Origin: Lama glama
Lineage: Eukaryota
Length of the DNA stretch: 64,000 bases
Reading direction: 5' to 3'
NCBI GenBank assembly: GCA_028534125.1
Contig: CM052832.1
Coordinates: forward strand, 19,718,001 to 19,782,000
Part shown: positions 52,071-64,000 of the stretch, piece by piece
Numbering within the stretch: position 1 is the first letter of the stretch
Layout of the letters: the number at the start of each line of letters is the position of its first letter
Position numbers and translations under genes: made by a program
Notes under the pieces: generated by a model
What the model was told of the DNA's origin: nothing
Seen by the model: only the letters and a program-made list of their open reading frames with translations
Databases searched by the model: none

Positions 52071-53334
52071 GTTTTCCATCATGGAAGTAAGTGCCCTGTC
52101 CTATTCTAAAGCAATGATATTGGAAAATAAAGATTGAGTAGAAAAATGCAAAAAGATTCTATTTGTTTTTAACTCTAAGAGTAATTTTGAAAAACTATGA
52201 TGTATTGGTTAGTTGCTTCCCCATAAAAAGACATACAGCAAGACTGGAAATTTGATTCAATTCAGTAAACATTTGTAGGTGCCATAGAGGATACAAAAAA
52301 CAATAAGTCTCTTTTTTTTAAAGAATTTGAAATCTGGAGTAGATAAAATGTGCACATAAATAACCACACTTCTGTATAAACTTTGTCCAGCCTGTCAGTA
52401 ACTGTTCCATGAATTATAAAATGGGACAATTATATTGTTTCAAGGAGAAGGAATGGATTAATAGTACTAGAAAGCAAGGCACATTTGGAAAAGGCAGGTA
52501 GATCAGTATGGCTAAAGTATAGGGATCAAAGAGGATGGTGGGAGATGAGACTGGAAAAAGGCAACACTTAGCACACCAAGTGTTGTCTTTTATCTTCTGT
52601 CTCCTATTTATCTATAAAACACATAGATTTCTTTCTCTTCCTTTCATTTGCTCTCATTTTTTCCCCTTAATTCTCTCTATCTCTTGACTGATTATAATAA
52701 TTAGGTTATTAATGAGAACAATAATAATAGTAGCAGCTTCCTTTGGTTTTGTTTTTCTAAATGCCAGTCACTATGATCTCATTACACTTAATCCTAAACA
52801 TACAATATTATTATTCTCATTTACCTGTGAGGGTCCAGAGGCCCAAGGACACAGAGCTAATAAGAAGTAGAACTGAGTAATGAGGGAGCAGATCCAAGAG
52901 TTAGGGAACTCCAGAAATTAAGTGTGGAAATTAGGCAAAATGGCCTAGGCAAATGAAGAGCTTTGGGAGGGTAGGAGGAGTGGCAGTAGAACACTGCCTT
53001 GCCATTGGGATCAAAACCATTTTCCTTTCTCCCTTGCTTCCTCTTCCATCTGACTTAATAGGTCGCAGTGGAAATCAAAACATGGTGCCAGGATGAGTTC
53101 TGGCTTTCATAAGTCAGGAGTCCATTTTGTAATTCACATTGGATTTTATGGTGTCTCTTGATGTTGTGTCTTTGTATTGTATTGAAAGGAAGAGTAAATT
53201 TTACCTTTTATGGGTAGCAGTTAATAGAAAAGAATAATTTGGAATTAGATTGAGATAAGTTCCATGTGAATGAAAGTTTGAGAAATTGTTTTATTGGTTT
53301 GGAAGAGGAAAGAGTTATCAACCACCTACCTCTT

Positions 53335-53480
53335 GCAGTGAGTTAAGGTACAGCCTTCTAAACCACACAGCCTGAGGGCTGAATCCCAGTTCCAACATTT
53401 GTGAGTTGTTCAACCATTGATCAACTCATTAAGCTCACTAGACTTCATTTGTTTTCATCTGTAAAATGGGGGTTAAATGG
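53335..53480 (+). mobile_element. MIR SINE
   Basis: gttaagg...gaatcccagttcca...ttcatctgtaaaatgggg. Confidence 0.65.
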
Positions 53481-55921
53481 ACTAAACTGAGCTTTTTCCA
53501 GTTGTTGTGCATGCTATAAGGCCACCAATAACATCCGTCTACATAGGAGACCGAGGAATTGGGACATCTCTTATTTCATTGCCATATTTTGAAGTGAGAA
53601 ATTAATTGCTATATTGATGTTTAAGCTCAAATCGCTAGACCAATTAAGAGTCCTAACAGAAGGCAAGCAGAGTGCCTGCCATTTCTCTCCTTGTAAAGTA
53701 TTAAAAAACAGGAATGTAGAAGAAAAAGCACCTTCGTTTTTCCCTCTAGTCAACTTGGTTTTAGATGTTCCTCCTAATGATGGACAGATTGAGTCCCCCA
53801 GTTGTACATTGGCTGGTCCTGATTTGCAGTACATACCCTCTGTAGATTATAATCCTATAGGAATTCTAGAAAGAAATGGTATGTCTGGCTTTCTAAAAAG
53901 GGGGATTTGACAAATGCCCTGGAAATACCCATGAAACCATTATAACCTTGTATCTCTGGTGGATTAGCTCCCAAAGCCTTCAAGAATGAATGTGCCATTC
54001 AGACTTAGAGATAACTCAAGTGTAGAAAAATGTTACAAAGACAGATGACTCATAAAAATGATGCTCTAATAGATTGAGCTTCTTTGTGACTGCCTTATAT
54101 TTTTATAGAACTCTATGGTTTGTAAAAGCCCTATATACATTATTTAATTCCTCCCAAATTCTCAAGAGAGATGCAGGGAGTTATTGGTATCTTCTTTTCA
54201 AATGAAGAAAGAAAGATTGAGGGAGATTAGCAGATCTTTCTAAAGTGACTCAGCCAGTACGTACCTAAGGGAACCTGACAAAAATCTCTTATGTTTCAAA
54301 AATGATTGTTTATATATAACTTTACAGATTACAAGTCAAAATAAAACCAAATGCACTTATTTTGCTAGGATTTGTGTTAGGTACTGGAAACAAGAAGCAG
54401 GTTATTTGCCTTAAATCAATTCATTGAAAGTCAATTTGTCTAATGATCAACTTGCTGATTTTTATCATATATGTCAATTGCGCTTTTCACCGAAAAGTTT
54501 TAAGAGGAATCAAGTCAGAATATAAAATACACATTTTTAAAATTATTAACAAAATTATGATTATATGTTATGAAAGAAATCAGTCAAAAGGTTGTAAAAA
54601 ATATGAGCATATGGGTATAATGGAATTTGATAAAAAATAAAAATTTCCCATGTCAAACGCTATTTTCCCCACCTGGAAATTTTAGGGAATGGAAATATTT
54701 GAGCTATTTCTAGCAAATTAAAACTTAATATAATTTTAGAGCACAGAATTTATATTCACAAATACCTGAAAGAAATCAGAATTTTTACTTAAATGTAACA
54801 TAGATTTAAATTTTCTGCAGAGTAGCCCAGCACTCTGGAAATATAATAAAGAAGCTTGGTCCCTTCTTTCATAGCCTCATTGTTCCAGTGGGAAAGATAG
54901 ATTTTAATCAGATAATCACACTCATGAATGTAAAAGCATAAATGGAAAAAAAAGGAATTACTAGTAACATAAAGAGAAGAGAGGATCAAAGAAGATTTTC
55001 CTGCAGAAGGGACAGAAATAAAGATCTGAAGAGCATATAGAAGTTAATTGATGAAGTCTGGAAATACATTCCTAACATAAATTTTAGTTACTTTTTAATT
55101 TTTACATTAGCAGGGTCCTCATTTATTTGGATTTATAATGAATATAGTTCTTTCTGCTGTGGCCAACACTACATGCTTATCCATTTTCTTTTTACCAAGG
55201 ATGCTAAAATGTAAATTCACTGCTGATACTGTTAGAAATTATTTGCATTTCAACATGTGGATATTTCAGAAGGTTGTACTAACTTGTTTAGCTGGGCTTC
55301 AGTTAACATAAAAGGGTGCACTGAACACATTTATTTGACTGAATTAAATCCTGGATTTGACAATGACCAGCTTAATCACTGGTTTCTTTAAACCATATTG
55401 AAGCTTCATAACTTTCCTATATTCCTGCCTCTCACTTGAAGAATAGGGTTAAATATGTTTTCCACCCAGAATTGTAAAAATAATGAAATAACAATATATA
55501 GACAGCTATAACAAAAAAAAGAAAATCGAGGCTTCTTAAGAATAGTGATAATCGTGTTAACAATTAGACATTTTGTCTAAATCTTTTACTCACAAAAACA
55601 CTGAGTATCTTTTATATTTTAACTTTTGGAAAATGAATTTTCTTTCATTTCCCTGCATTTCAGGAACCCCAAACAAGAAGAACAATGACACCTCAAGTAC
55701 ATTATTAAATTGCTCCATTTGGCAGATAACGCTAGTTCTCTTTTTAGCCTTTTCCTGAAGCTAAATTGTCTTTAAAATAATCATCCTCACATTGGCATGA
55801 TTAATGTTCACTGAAATTTGCATATTTTGTAGGTTAACAGCACATATAAAATTCATTTTTTCTCAGGGACGTTGTACAATAACAGAAAATATACTATTAT
55901 ATTGAAATACATTGTATTACT

Positions 55922-57803
55922 GGAGTGACAGCATCATGATAGCAAAATAGGTCATTCCTGACTTTGCTCCCCCATGCAAGGAGAACAACTAACAACTATT
56001 TAATAGTAAAATACCACTGAGAGAATCCTAGAACATGGGAGTGAGGCTGAAGGAACCCCCTGCACCGCAGAGACCATGACAGACTGCATCAGAGGGTAAG
56101 AGAAGCAGCAAAACATTGCAGCTTCACACAGAGAGGTTTCCGCTGAGCCTCTGGTTCCTACAGCGGGAAAAGGGAACCTAGGGGGGCAACCAGTGCCCCT
56201 CTCCCAGCATTGGGGTTCCTTTGTGGGAACCCCTGTCTCTTACCAGAGGGATTATTGTGGCGGGGTGAATCTACAGGATTCAACTGCCGGGAATCTGACC
56301 ATGACAGAGAAAGCAGGGGAGGGGTCTGCAACATCCAACACATGGATCTTGGCAGACTGAATTTCTACCTGCATTACTAAGTAGTAATCTCAATCAGCAG
56401 CTTTGCTCATCTGCAAAACAGGTAATGGGTGCACTCTGATAAAGAAACTTGGTGGGTTCAGATCTGCTTGATTTGGATCATCAAATGAGGAGACTCCTAG
56501 AAGAAAACACAGGAAAAAAGCTCATTGGCATGGGCCTTGATAATGATTTTTTGAATATGACATCTAAACCACAAGCAACAAAATGAAAAATAAATAAGTC
56601 AAACTACTTCAAACCAGAAAGCTTCTGCATGGCAAAAATAACCATCCATAAAGTGAAAAGACAACCTATGGAACAGAAAAAAATATTTGCAGACCATACA
56701 GCTCATAAGGGGATAATATTCAAATTATACAAAGAACTCATACAATTCAGTAGGAAAAAACAAACAAACAAACAAAAAAACCTACAAATAGTCCAATTAA
56801 AAAATAGGCATAGGACTGGAACAGACATTTTTCCAAAGAAAATATAGGAAAGGCCAACAAGTACATGAAAAGATATTCAACATACTAGTCATTGGGGGAA
56901 ATGAAAATTAAAACCACAAATAAATATCACCTCACACCTTTTAGGATGACCATCATCAAAATGACAAGAGATAACAAGTGCTGACGTGGATATGGAGAAT
57001 GGGAACCCTTGTGCACTATTGGTGGGATTGTAAATTGGTGCAGCCACTATGGAAAACAGTATGGCAGGTCCTCAAAAAATTAAAAATAGAACTTCCATAT
57101 GACCCAGCAATCCCACTTCTGGGAATATACCCAAAGGAATAAAAAACACTAAGTGGAAAAGATATCTGCACCCCTATCCTCACAGCAGCATTATTCACGA
57201 CAGCCAATTCGTGGAAACAACCTAAGTGTCCATTGATGGATGAATGGATAAAGAAGTTGTGGTATATTATTCAGCCATAAAAAATGAGGAAATCCTACCA
57301 TTTACAACAACGTGGATAGAACTTGAAGGTATTATGCTCAGTGAAATAAGTCAGATGGAGAAAGACAGATACTGTATGATACCACTTATATGTGAAAAGC
57401 ATGCAAACAAAAAGTCAACCAAATTCATGTAAAAAGACATCAAACTTGTGGTTACAGGAGGTGGTAGGAGATGGGGGAAGGGGACTTGGAGGAAGGTGGT
57501 CAAAATGTACAAACTTCCAGTTATAAAATAAATAAGTATTAGGGATGGAATGTACAACATGAAGACTATACCCAACACTGCTGTATGATACATAGGAAAG
57601 GTGTTAAGAGAGTAAATTCTAAGGGTTCTCATACTTGGGGAAATATTTTTTTCTTCTTTCTTTTCATCTATTGAAGAAGTTGGAGGCTAGTAGAACCAAT
57701 TGTGGTAATCATTTCAGACTATGTGTAGATCAAACCATCATGCTGTATGCCTTAAACTTATACAGTAATGTATGTACTTATTTCTCAATGAAACTGAAAA
57801 AAA
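55922..57803 (+). mobile_element. Internally deleted L1 (5' UTR-like segment joined to ORF2 C-terminus and 3' UTR)
   Basis: The GC-richer segment 55922-56490 abuts ctcctagaagaaaacacagg (late ORF2). The element continues through the 3' UTR to tctcaatgaaactgaaaaaaa. Confidence 0.8.
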
Positions 57804-60800
57804 GTCATATTATTGTGTAAAATTGCCTTGTTTTTGCTTTTATTATGTAGAGTTTAAGCATTTACAAATGTTTCTTTAAATGAAATGGTAACATAATTAT
57901 TATGAGACTGAAAATTTTAATTCCAAGCAAGACTGTCAATTTGTGATGTAATTCTTGAATCTTGCCTCATATTGAAGTTTGAAATTTTATACCATATTCT
58001 TTCTAAGAATTTTTATACAGAATATTAATAGTACAACAACCAATATGCCTAAAATTTCTTGCTACCAACAATCAAGGGTTGTTAATTATGTGGAAGAGAT
58101 GGCACACAATAAAAGAGAAACCTGCTTTCTAAATACAGACATTTTAGTTGTAAATAAAGAAGATCAATGTGAATTGCTGGGAGACTGATTAAAATAGAAA
58201 GGATTATGTATAATGAATAATATTGTAATATTTTTACTACTGTTGGAATCATTTAACAAAAGTGTTCCATAAAAATCCCACCACAGAATCAAGATGCTAA
58301 TGTTATACCTCATTTATTGCCAGCATATTCAGTGACATTTTATAATGTACATCTGTCAGCCAGAGATATAAATGAATGAGGTGAACCATACAATTTACCC
58401 TCAGGAAGTTCCATTAGCGCCCCCAAAGTATAATATTTATGAGGTCAGAATCAATTAATCAGATAGCTGTATTTGCTTTTCAGCTCAGCAGTCTCTCTAT
58501 CCCACCAAATTGTTGCATTGGAAAATCTTTCACATTTTGCAAAAGAGTGAGTTTGTATGTGCTACATAAAAGCTATTTTGTAAATCAATTACTTTAGTAA
58601 CACGGGATGTATTCAGTAGTAATTCATGGTGTAAGTGGAGAGAATGCAAAATATGTTCTTATCAGAAATGTTTTATCTCAGTGGGAGTCCTAAATATTCT
58701 TTATGAGCTATGGTGCCCTTACCTATCCCACAGTTTGATGAATGAAAAGCAATTAAAAAGAAATACAGGCTCATGCTTGTTCAGCATGGTAATTCAAACT
58801 TTGGGTGTGGTAAAGTCAAAGGAGATGGTGGCAGAAGGAGCACATATTGCTGTTGAAAATAATTGGGGCAGAAATGGACAAGCACCATGAGAATTTTATA
58901 GTAGAAATGGCCACTGCCCTGATAAAGAAGGGGCATGTCTAGTTAACCTCAGCAACTATAATAAATGAAAGTTGCTGTGTTATTCACAGTGAGCTACTAG
59001 CTTCTCTGTCCAGAAAGCAGATCTTAGAGCAATTTTGAAAATGGATGCTGAATTAGAGGAATTCTGATGGTAAAATATAATATCTCTTTTAAATTTTTAT
59101 TTATTTATTTTTGTATTAGAGGAGAGAGAATAGAGACCATGAAGAGGGGTACTTTATTAGTAAAAATCCTGGTAATAATTATTTTCTATGATTTGGCAAC
59201 CTGAAGAGACATTAGCAATTAAGGAAAAGGACTGTAGGTAATACAAAAATTTGGCTACAAGACAATATACTAATTTTATTAAGCCCAGGAATTTACACTA
59301 ATCTCCTATTATTTGCTCAGACAAGTCATGTATGTGGAGGTGTGCATATGTGCAGAGTTGAGGGTTGAGTACGGTGAACCAGCGACAATCCACGAATACC
59401 TACCATGTGCAGTGAATGCAGTCCACTAATATAATCCAGATAAGCTGGCCTGCCTTATCGTCCACTCAGCATGGCACTGCATTAAAAGAAAACAGAAAAG
59501 CAAATGCACCACAAGTGACTTATTAAAGATAGCAAAATAAAAATATTTCTACTTCGTCTCCTTTCTGAAACAAGCTTAAAAATAGTTTAAAAAAAGAAAA
59601 AAAGAAAAAGAAAAACCCTCCATCTATAAAACTAGGGCTCCATTGTTGTCTTATAGAATGTAAGTTTCATACGGACACAAATGTTCACTTGTTTGATTTA
59701 GCAGTGTATCCTGAGAACCTGCAAGGTGATCAACAAACATTTGTTAGATGAATGGACAGTAGTTTTGAATAGTATTGTATGCCCTTTTAACCTAATTGCA
59801 TTCAAGTAGATGGAAAATCTTTTTTCATATTCCTTTGCTTTTCCTTTTTTGAAACTACATCTCTTGGTCTCCATGTTCTAAGGAAAAAGAAGGATGAATC
59901 CAAAATGCAGAGAGAGAAAAAAACACTATCACGCTCCTTTAAGAATCTCGTCTTGACAACTTAAGGATGCTAATGAGGATTTTCGTAGGGTTATTTAGAT
60001 TATATCCACTTCTTGCCTGATGTGCTGATTTTAATATCTAACCCACTTAAGCAGAGACAGCACTCTGAAATACAACAAGGATGAATGCATGCCTACACAT
60101 GAAGCAAAATAGTTTTCACCAAAACTGTGTGGCAGGAGTCTGAAGTCTCTAATACATTATCTTTTACTCAATGTCGAGGTTTAGAGGTTTAGAGTAGCTC
60201 CTGAGGTCTGCTGAGATTTCCTACATACAAACCGTGTTAGGAGTGGCAGAGCTGCAGGAGGGAAGGGCATGCCACACTCTAAAATACAGGGCTGCCAGCG
60301 TGGTAGAGAAGAGAAATCATAGGAGCCAAACAACTTTGCATTGCTAAACAGAAGCTGAAGAGAAATAGTTAAGTGCTAAATAACCACCCATCTGCAACAT
60401 ATGCAGCTCAAGAATACATCCTGGTCACCACATAGGTAGCAATATGGAATGCATGATGAAGTGAGTTAATGCCCTCTCCTAGGTAGAGGCCACTGAACAA
60501 TTTGCACATGTGAAAAAATATACCTGACACGAGGCACCCTTCTTTCAGCCCAAACAGGTAACTCTGGCACATTTCCACACCAAGGAGAGGCTTGGGCCAA
60601 GTATCTCTGTTTTGAAATGTGCAAGCCAAATTGTTTTCCTTATAGTAATATGTTCTGACCTCGAGGAGCTATGATTTTTCCAAATGTATTCAACTTACTT
60701 GGTGCAAAAAATAATTAGCTTTCAGAGAAGTCAGTGTTTACTTAAGAGGGAACATTACACTTCTTTATCTAATGCTACAATTCAGAATCTTTCCAGTTTA

Positions 60801-61714
60801 GCCTTCTTGATAAATTAGGTTGTATTTCAGTAGTTCTAAATTTTGTGAGATGACTATATATTTTATTTCTGCAGCAAATATGCAGTAACCCCGGATTTGG
60901 CATGCTTTAATCCGTCAAAAATTTTATATGTTTACACTATAATTTTCTACTTTTGTAACATTCTAAATTCCTTTTACTTGTACACATGTAGAAAGAAAAC
61001 TTTGGGGAAGCCTTAAAAATATCTGAAATGACTTGTAATGGAAATGGCAGATATCTAAATAAAATGCAAATATGGAACTGTAACTAGACTGACCTCAATA
61101 ATCAAAATGCCAATGAAAAAAATAGCAAAAAGAAGAAAAAAAGAAAGGGAAAGACAGTGGAGCTTCAAGAGAAAACTTTCAGAGCTGATATTATACTATA
61201 TTCTATGATTCCTTGCTGTCGTTCATTAAGTAAACAGAGGGACTCCATACACGTTATTAGGCACTTTTGCTTTCAAGTTGTCTGATGCCACCTGGATTGG
61301 GTTGCCACTTTCATTCCTTACCAAGTCAGCAGAAATGTTTTCATGTGATACAGACAAAATCATCTTGTATGCTTTGGAGTCAATTCCAGAATGCATGACT
61401 GAGAGTCAATGAGAAATACGGGAAAATGTACACTTTTTAATGGGAATGGGCTTGGTGTGACACAGTGTATATATATATAACATGGAACAATAAGAAGAGT
61501 GAAAGAGGGGGGAAATGGTAGTCAAAAGGATAGAAAAATTTGATTGTTAAACCTTTAATTAGAGCAAATTAAATAAAAATGCAAACTAAGTGAAGATAGA
61601 TATAATTTGAAAATGTCAGTATACACTCATAACCTAAAGGAAATATCTCCTGTTGACACAGAGTTACTCTATCTACTGCAATTACCCAGTGGAAATTGTT
61701 TTTATGCTCCTCTG

Positions 61715-62363
61715 TTTTATTGAACTATAGTTGATTTACAACATTATATTAGTTTCAAGTGTATAGCATAGTGATTCAGTAGTTTTATAGATTATACTCC
61801 ATTAAAAGTTATTACAAAATAATTGCTGTAATTTCCTATGCAGTACAATATATCTTTGTTGCTTATCTGTTTTATATGTAGTAGTATGTATCCCTTAATT
61901 CCAAACTCTTGTCTTGCCCCTTCCCCTCTTCCCTCTCCCCGCTGATAACCACTAGTTTGTTTTCTGTATCTGTGAGTCTGTTTCTGTTTTGCTATTATAT
62001 ACATTCATTTGTTTTATTTTTTAGATTGCACATATAAGTGATATCATATAGTATTTGTCTTTCTCTGTCTGACTTATTTCACTAAGCATATTGTCCTCTA
62101 GGTCCATCCACATTGCTGCAAATTTCATTCTTTTTTTGACTGAACAATATTCCATTGTGTGTATACCACATATTCTTTATCAGTTCATCTGTCAATGGAC
62201 ATTCAGGTTGCTTCCACGTCTTGGCTATTGTAAATCATGCTTCTATGAACACTGGGGTGTGTGTGTCTTTTCTAATTAGTGTTTTCATTTTTTCCAGGTG
62301 TATATCCAGGAGTGGTTGCTGGATCACGTGGTAAGTTCTATTTTTAGTTTTTTGAGGAAACTT
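61715..62363 (-). mobile_element. 5'-truncated L1 3' end (cetartiodactyl-type)
   Basis: ttttattgaactatagttgatttacaa...tatctgtgagtctgtttctgttttg...tttttagttttttgaggaa. Confidence 0.88.
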
Positions 62364-64000
62364 TAATTCATACCATGCTTGACCTCTAATTTTTGGGCAC
62401 TAATTTCTCTTACTAAGGCAGCTAGAACTTCTGGGAGAATAGCTAATTTCATACCTTAAGGCAGAATGGATATAAATAGACCTGAAATATTTTATTGCAA
62501 GAAAGCAAAGATATTCCCAAAGACGTTTGGTGTTGCATTGAAAAGGACAAAGAGGCCAGCAAAAAAAGAAGCCTATTAGTGGCTAACATGTTAAAATTTG
62601 CGCATCAGAAAGATAACATTTGCAGTCAGTTGGAACAGATGAGGATGTTAAAGAAGCTATATGTCTATGATTACACTAAAATAGAGAAACTAACACAAAA
62701 TGATAAAAAATATTTGTAATGTACTTGAGTTTCTAATGTCATCTCTAGAAGATGCTTTTGATTGTGTGATCAAATGACTTGCATTTGTACTGTAGTTTTG
62801 ATTGCTGTAGTTTTGATTATAGTCAATCAAAAAATTATAAAATACATAGTGGATTTTTTAAATAGAAAATGCAAAAGCAGAAAGATGTAAAATATGAAAG
62901 AATATTGCATAACGTGTTTGGCTTTCCCTGTGTTTTATTTGTAACCAAATCATCACAGCTCTTTTTGTGGACTAGTATAGTAACTTATACTTTTGTTACT
63001 CAGCCTGCAAAATTGTGGTAGTCCTCTATGAGGCAAAATTTAATAGTGTTGTGAAATGTCATGTGGTTGTCTGGAAATGAAAGTTCATACAGAGAACTGG
63101 GCCCAAGATTGTGGTGTGGCATGGGCATAATAATCTGGGAAGGTGGCTGTAATGTATGCCCCCTTTTTGGGGGAAGGAGTAACTGCCTTTCATACATTTC
63201 TCTGGGGAGTTGGAATAGTGCCTGTAAATAACAATCTTTGGTCACTGCAGCCTCAAGACTTCTTTTAGGGGCTTGTTTGGTTTGTGTCTGCCTTGTTGCT
63301 GAGAGTCTTTGGGTGCAGTTTATATGGAAAATGATAGGATTGGAGGGGCAGTGGGGAGAGGAGTGTGGTGGGACCAGGAAGGAAGGCTTACTCCTCATTC
63401 TTGGTATTTTCTTCCATATGGAGTGGGTGATTCTTGCTGAAATGTCCCTAGCCTCTCTTGCCTTTCAGCCATTCTTTGCCTGAGGTGGGGGAAGGGTGAA
63501 TTTGATTGTTGGTACTGAAAGGAGAAAATGGGCTTGTATTGCCCAGTCTCTTCTGGTTATATTCTGCTCTTAGGAATAGATTGCCAGCAAGGCACTGGTG
63601 TAAATCTGCTTCTTCCCTGGGCTGTGCCAATCCTTCCTCTCCATGGGGGATGCCTGCTCCAGGCCAACCTTGCATCTGACTGCATGGGAGTCTGATTCTG
63701 TGATTCATTACTGTAGGGACCCTTTATCAGAGATAAAGGGATCTTTTATCAGGAACACAAGTACTAGCACTTTTCAACAACTATGATATACTTCTCACAC
63801 TTGCCATTTCTGAAATTGCAAAATGCCTTAAAATCCGTGAGGTATTAGATTTGGGGAAATATAGTATTTTGTTCTTTCATCTGCCACTTCTTTGTCTGAT
63901 TTCACAATTTGTTCAGATCCTGGATAGGAGAAAAAAAAAAAAGCTGCTATTTACTGGGACCCAGAAGGTTCTAACATTTACGTAAAAAAACCAAAACCAA

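Noticed and set aside
60483..60557. Exon-like segment (ctcctag...CAG|gtaact)
   Set aside because: Stops in all three frames and no other support.
63000..63708. Cluster of overlapping 80-130 aa ORFs
   Set aside because: No recognisable domains or splice structure; consistent with a locally higher GC content.
1..64000. CRISPR arrays, tRNA/rRNA genes, prokaryotic systems
   Set aside because: None seen; the sequence is mammalian, and the tandem repeats have no spacers.

Overview
AT-rich, repeat-dense mammalian DNA. The L1 3' ends look cetartiodactyl-type and I saw no Bov-tA/CHR/PRE-1 SINEs, so a camelid is plausible (inference). There is one 100-N gap. I could not identify any intact protein-coding gene, and the supplied ORFs are chance, antisense or repeat-derived. 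Reading across frames shows two apparent fossil genes lying tail-to-tail in the first 23 kb. (1) A heavily decayed multi-exon class C GPCR (CaSR/GPRC6A/TAS1R/V2R-type) on the + strand at about 50-11200. It retains the Venus-flytrap, linker, cysteine-rich and 7TM exons, with a solo LTR inside the 7TM exon. (2) A less certain minus-strand immunoglobulin-superfamily pseudogene with tandem V-set-like exons at about 17770-22800. The rest is L1, L2, MIR, LTR/ERVL and DNA-transposon relics, a few chimeric or deleted L1s, and small tandem duplications. All family assignments were made by eye against remembered consensus motifs, not by database search.
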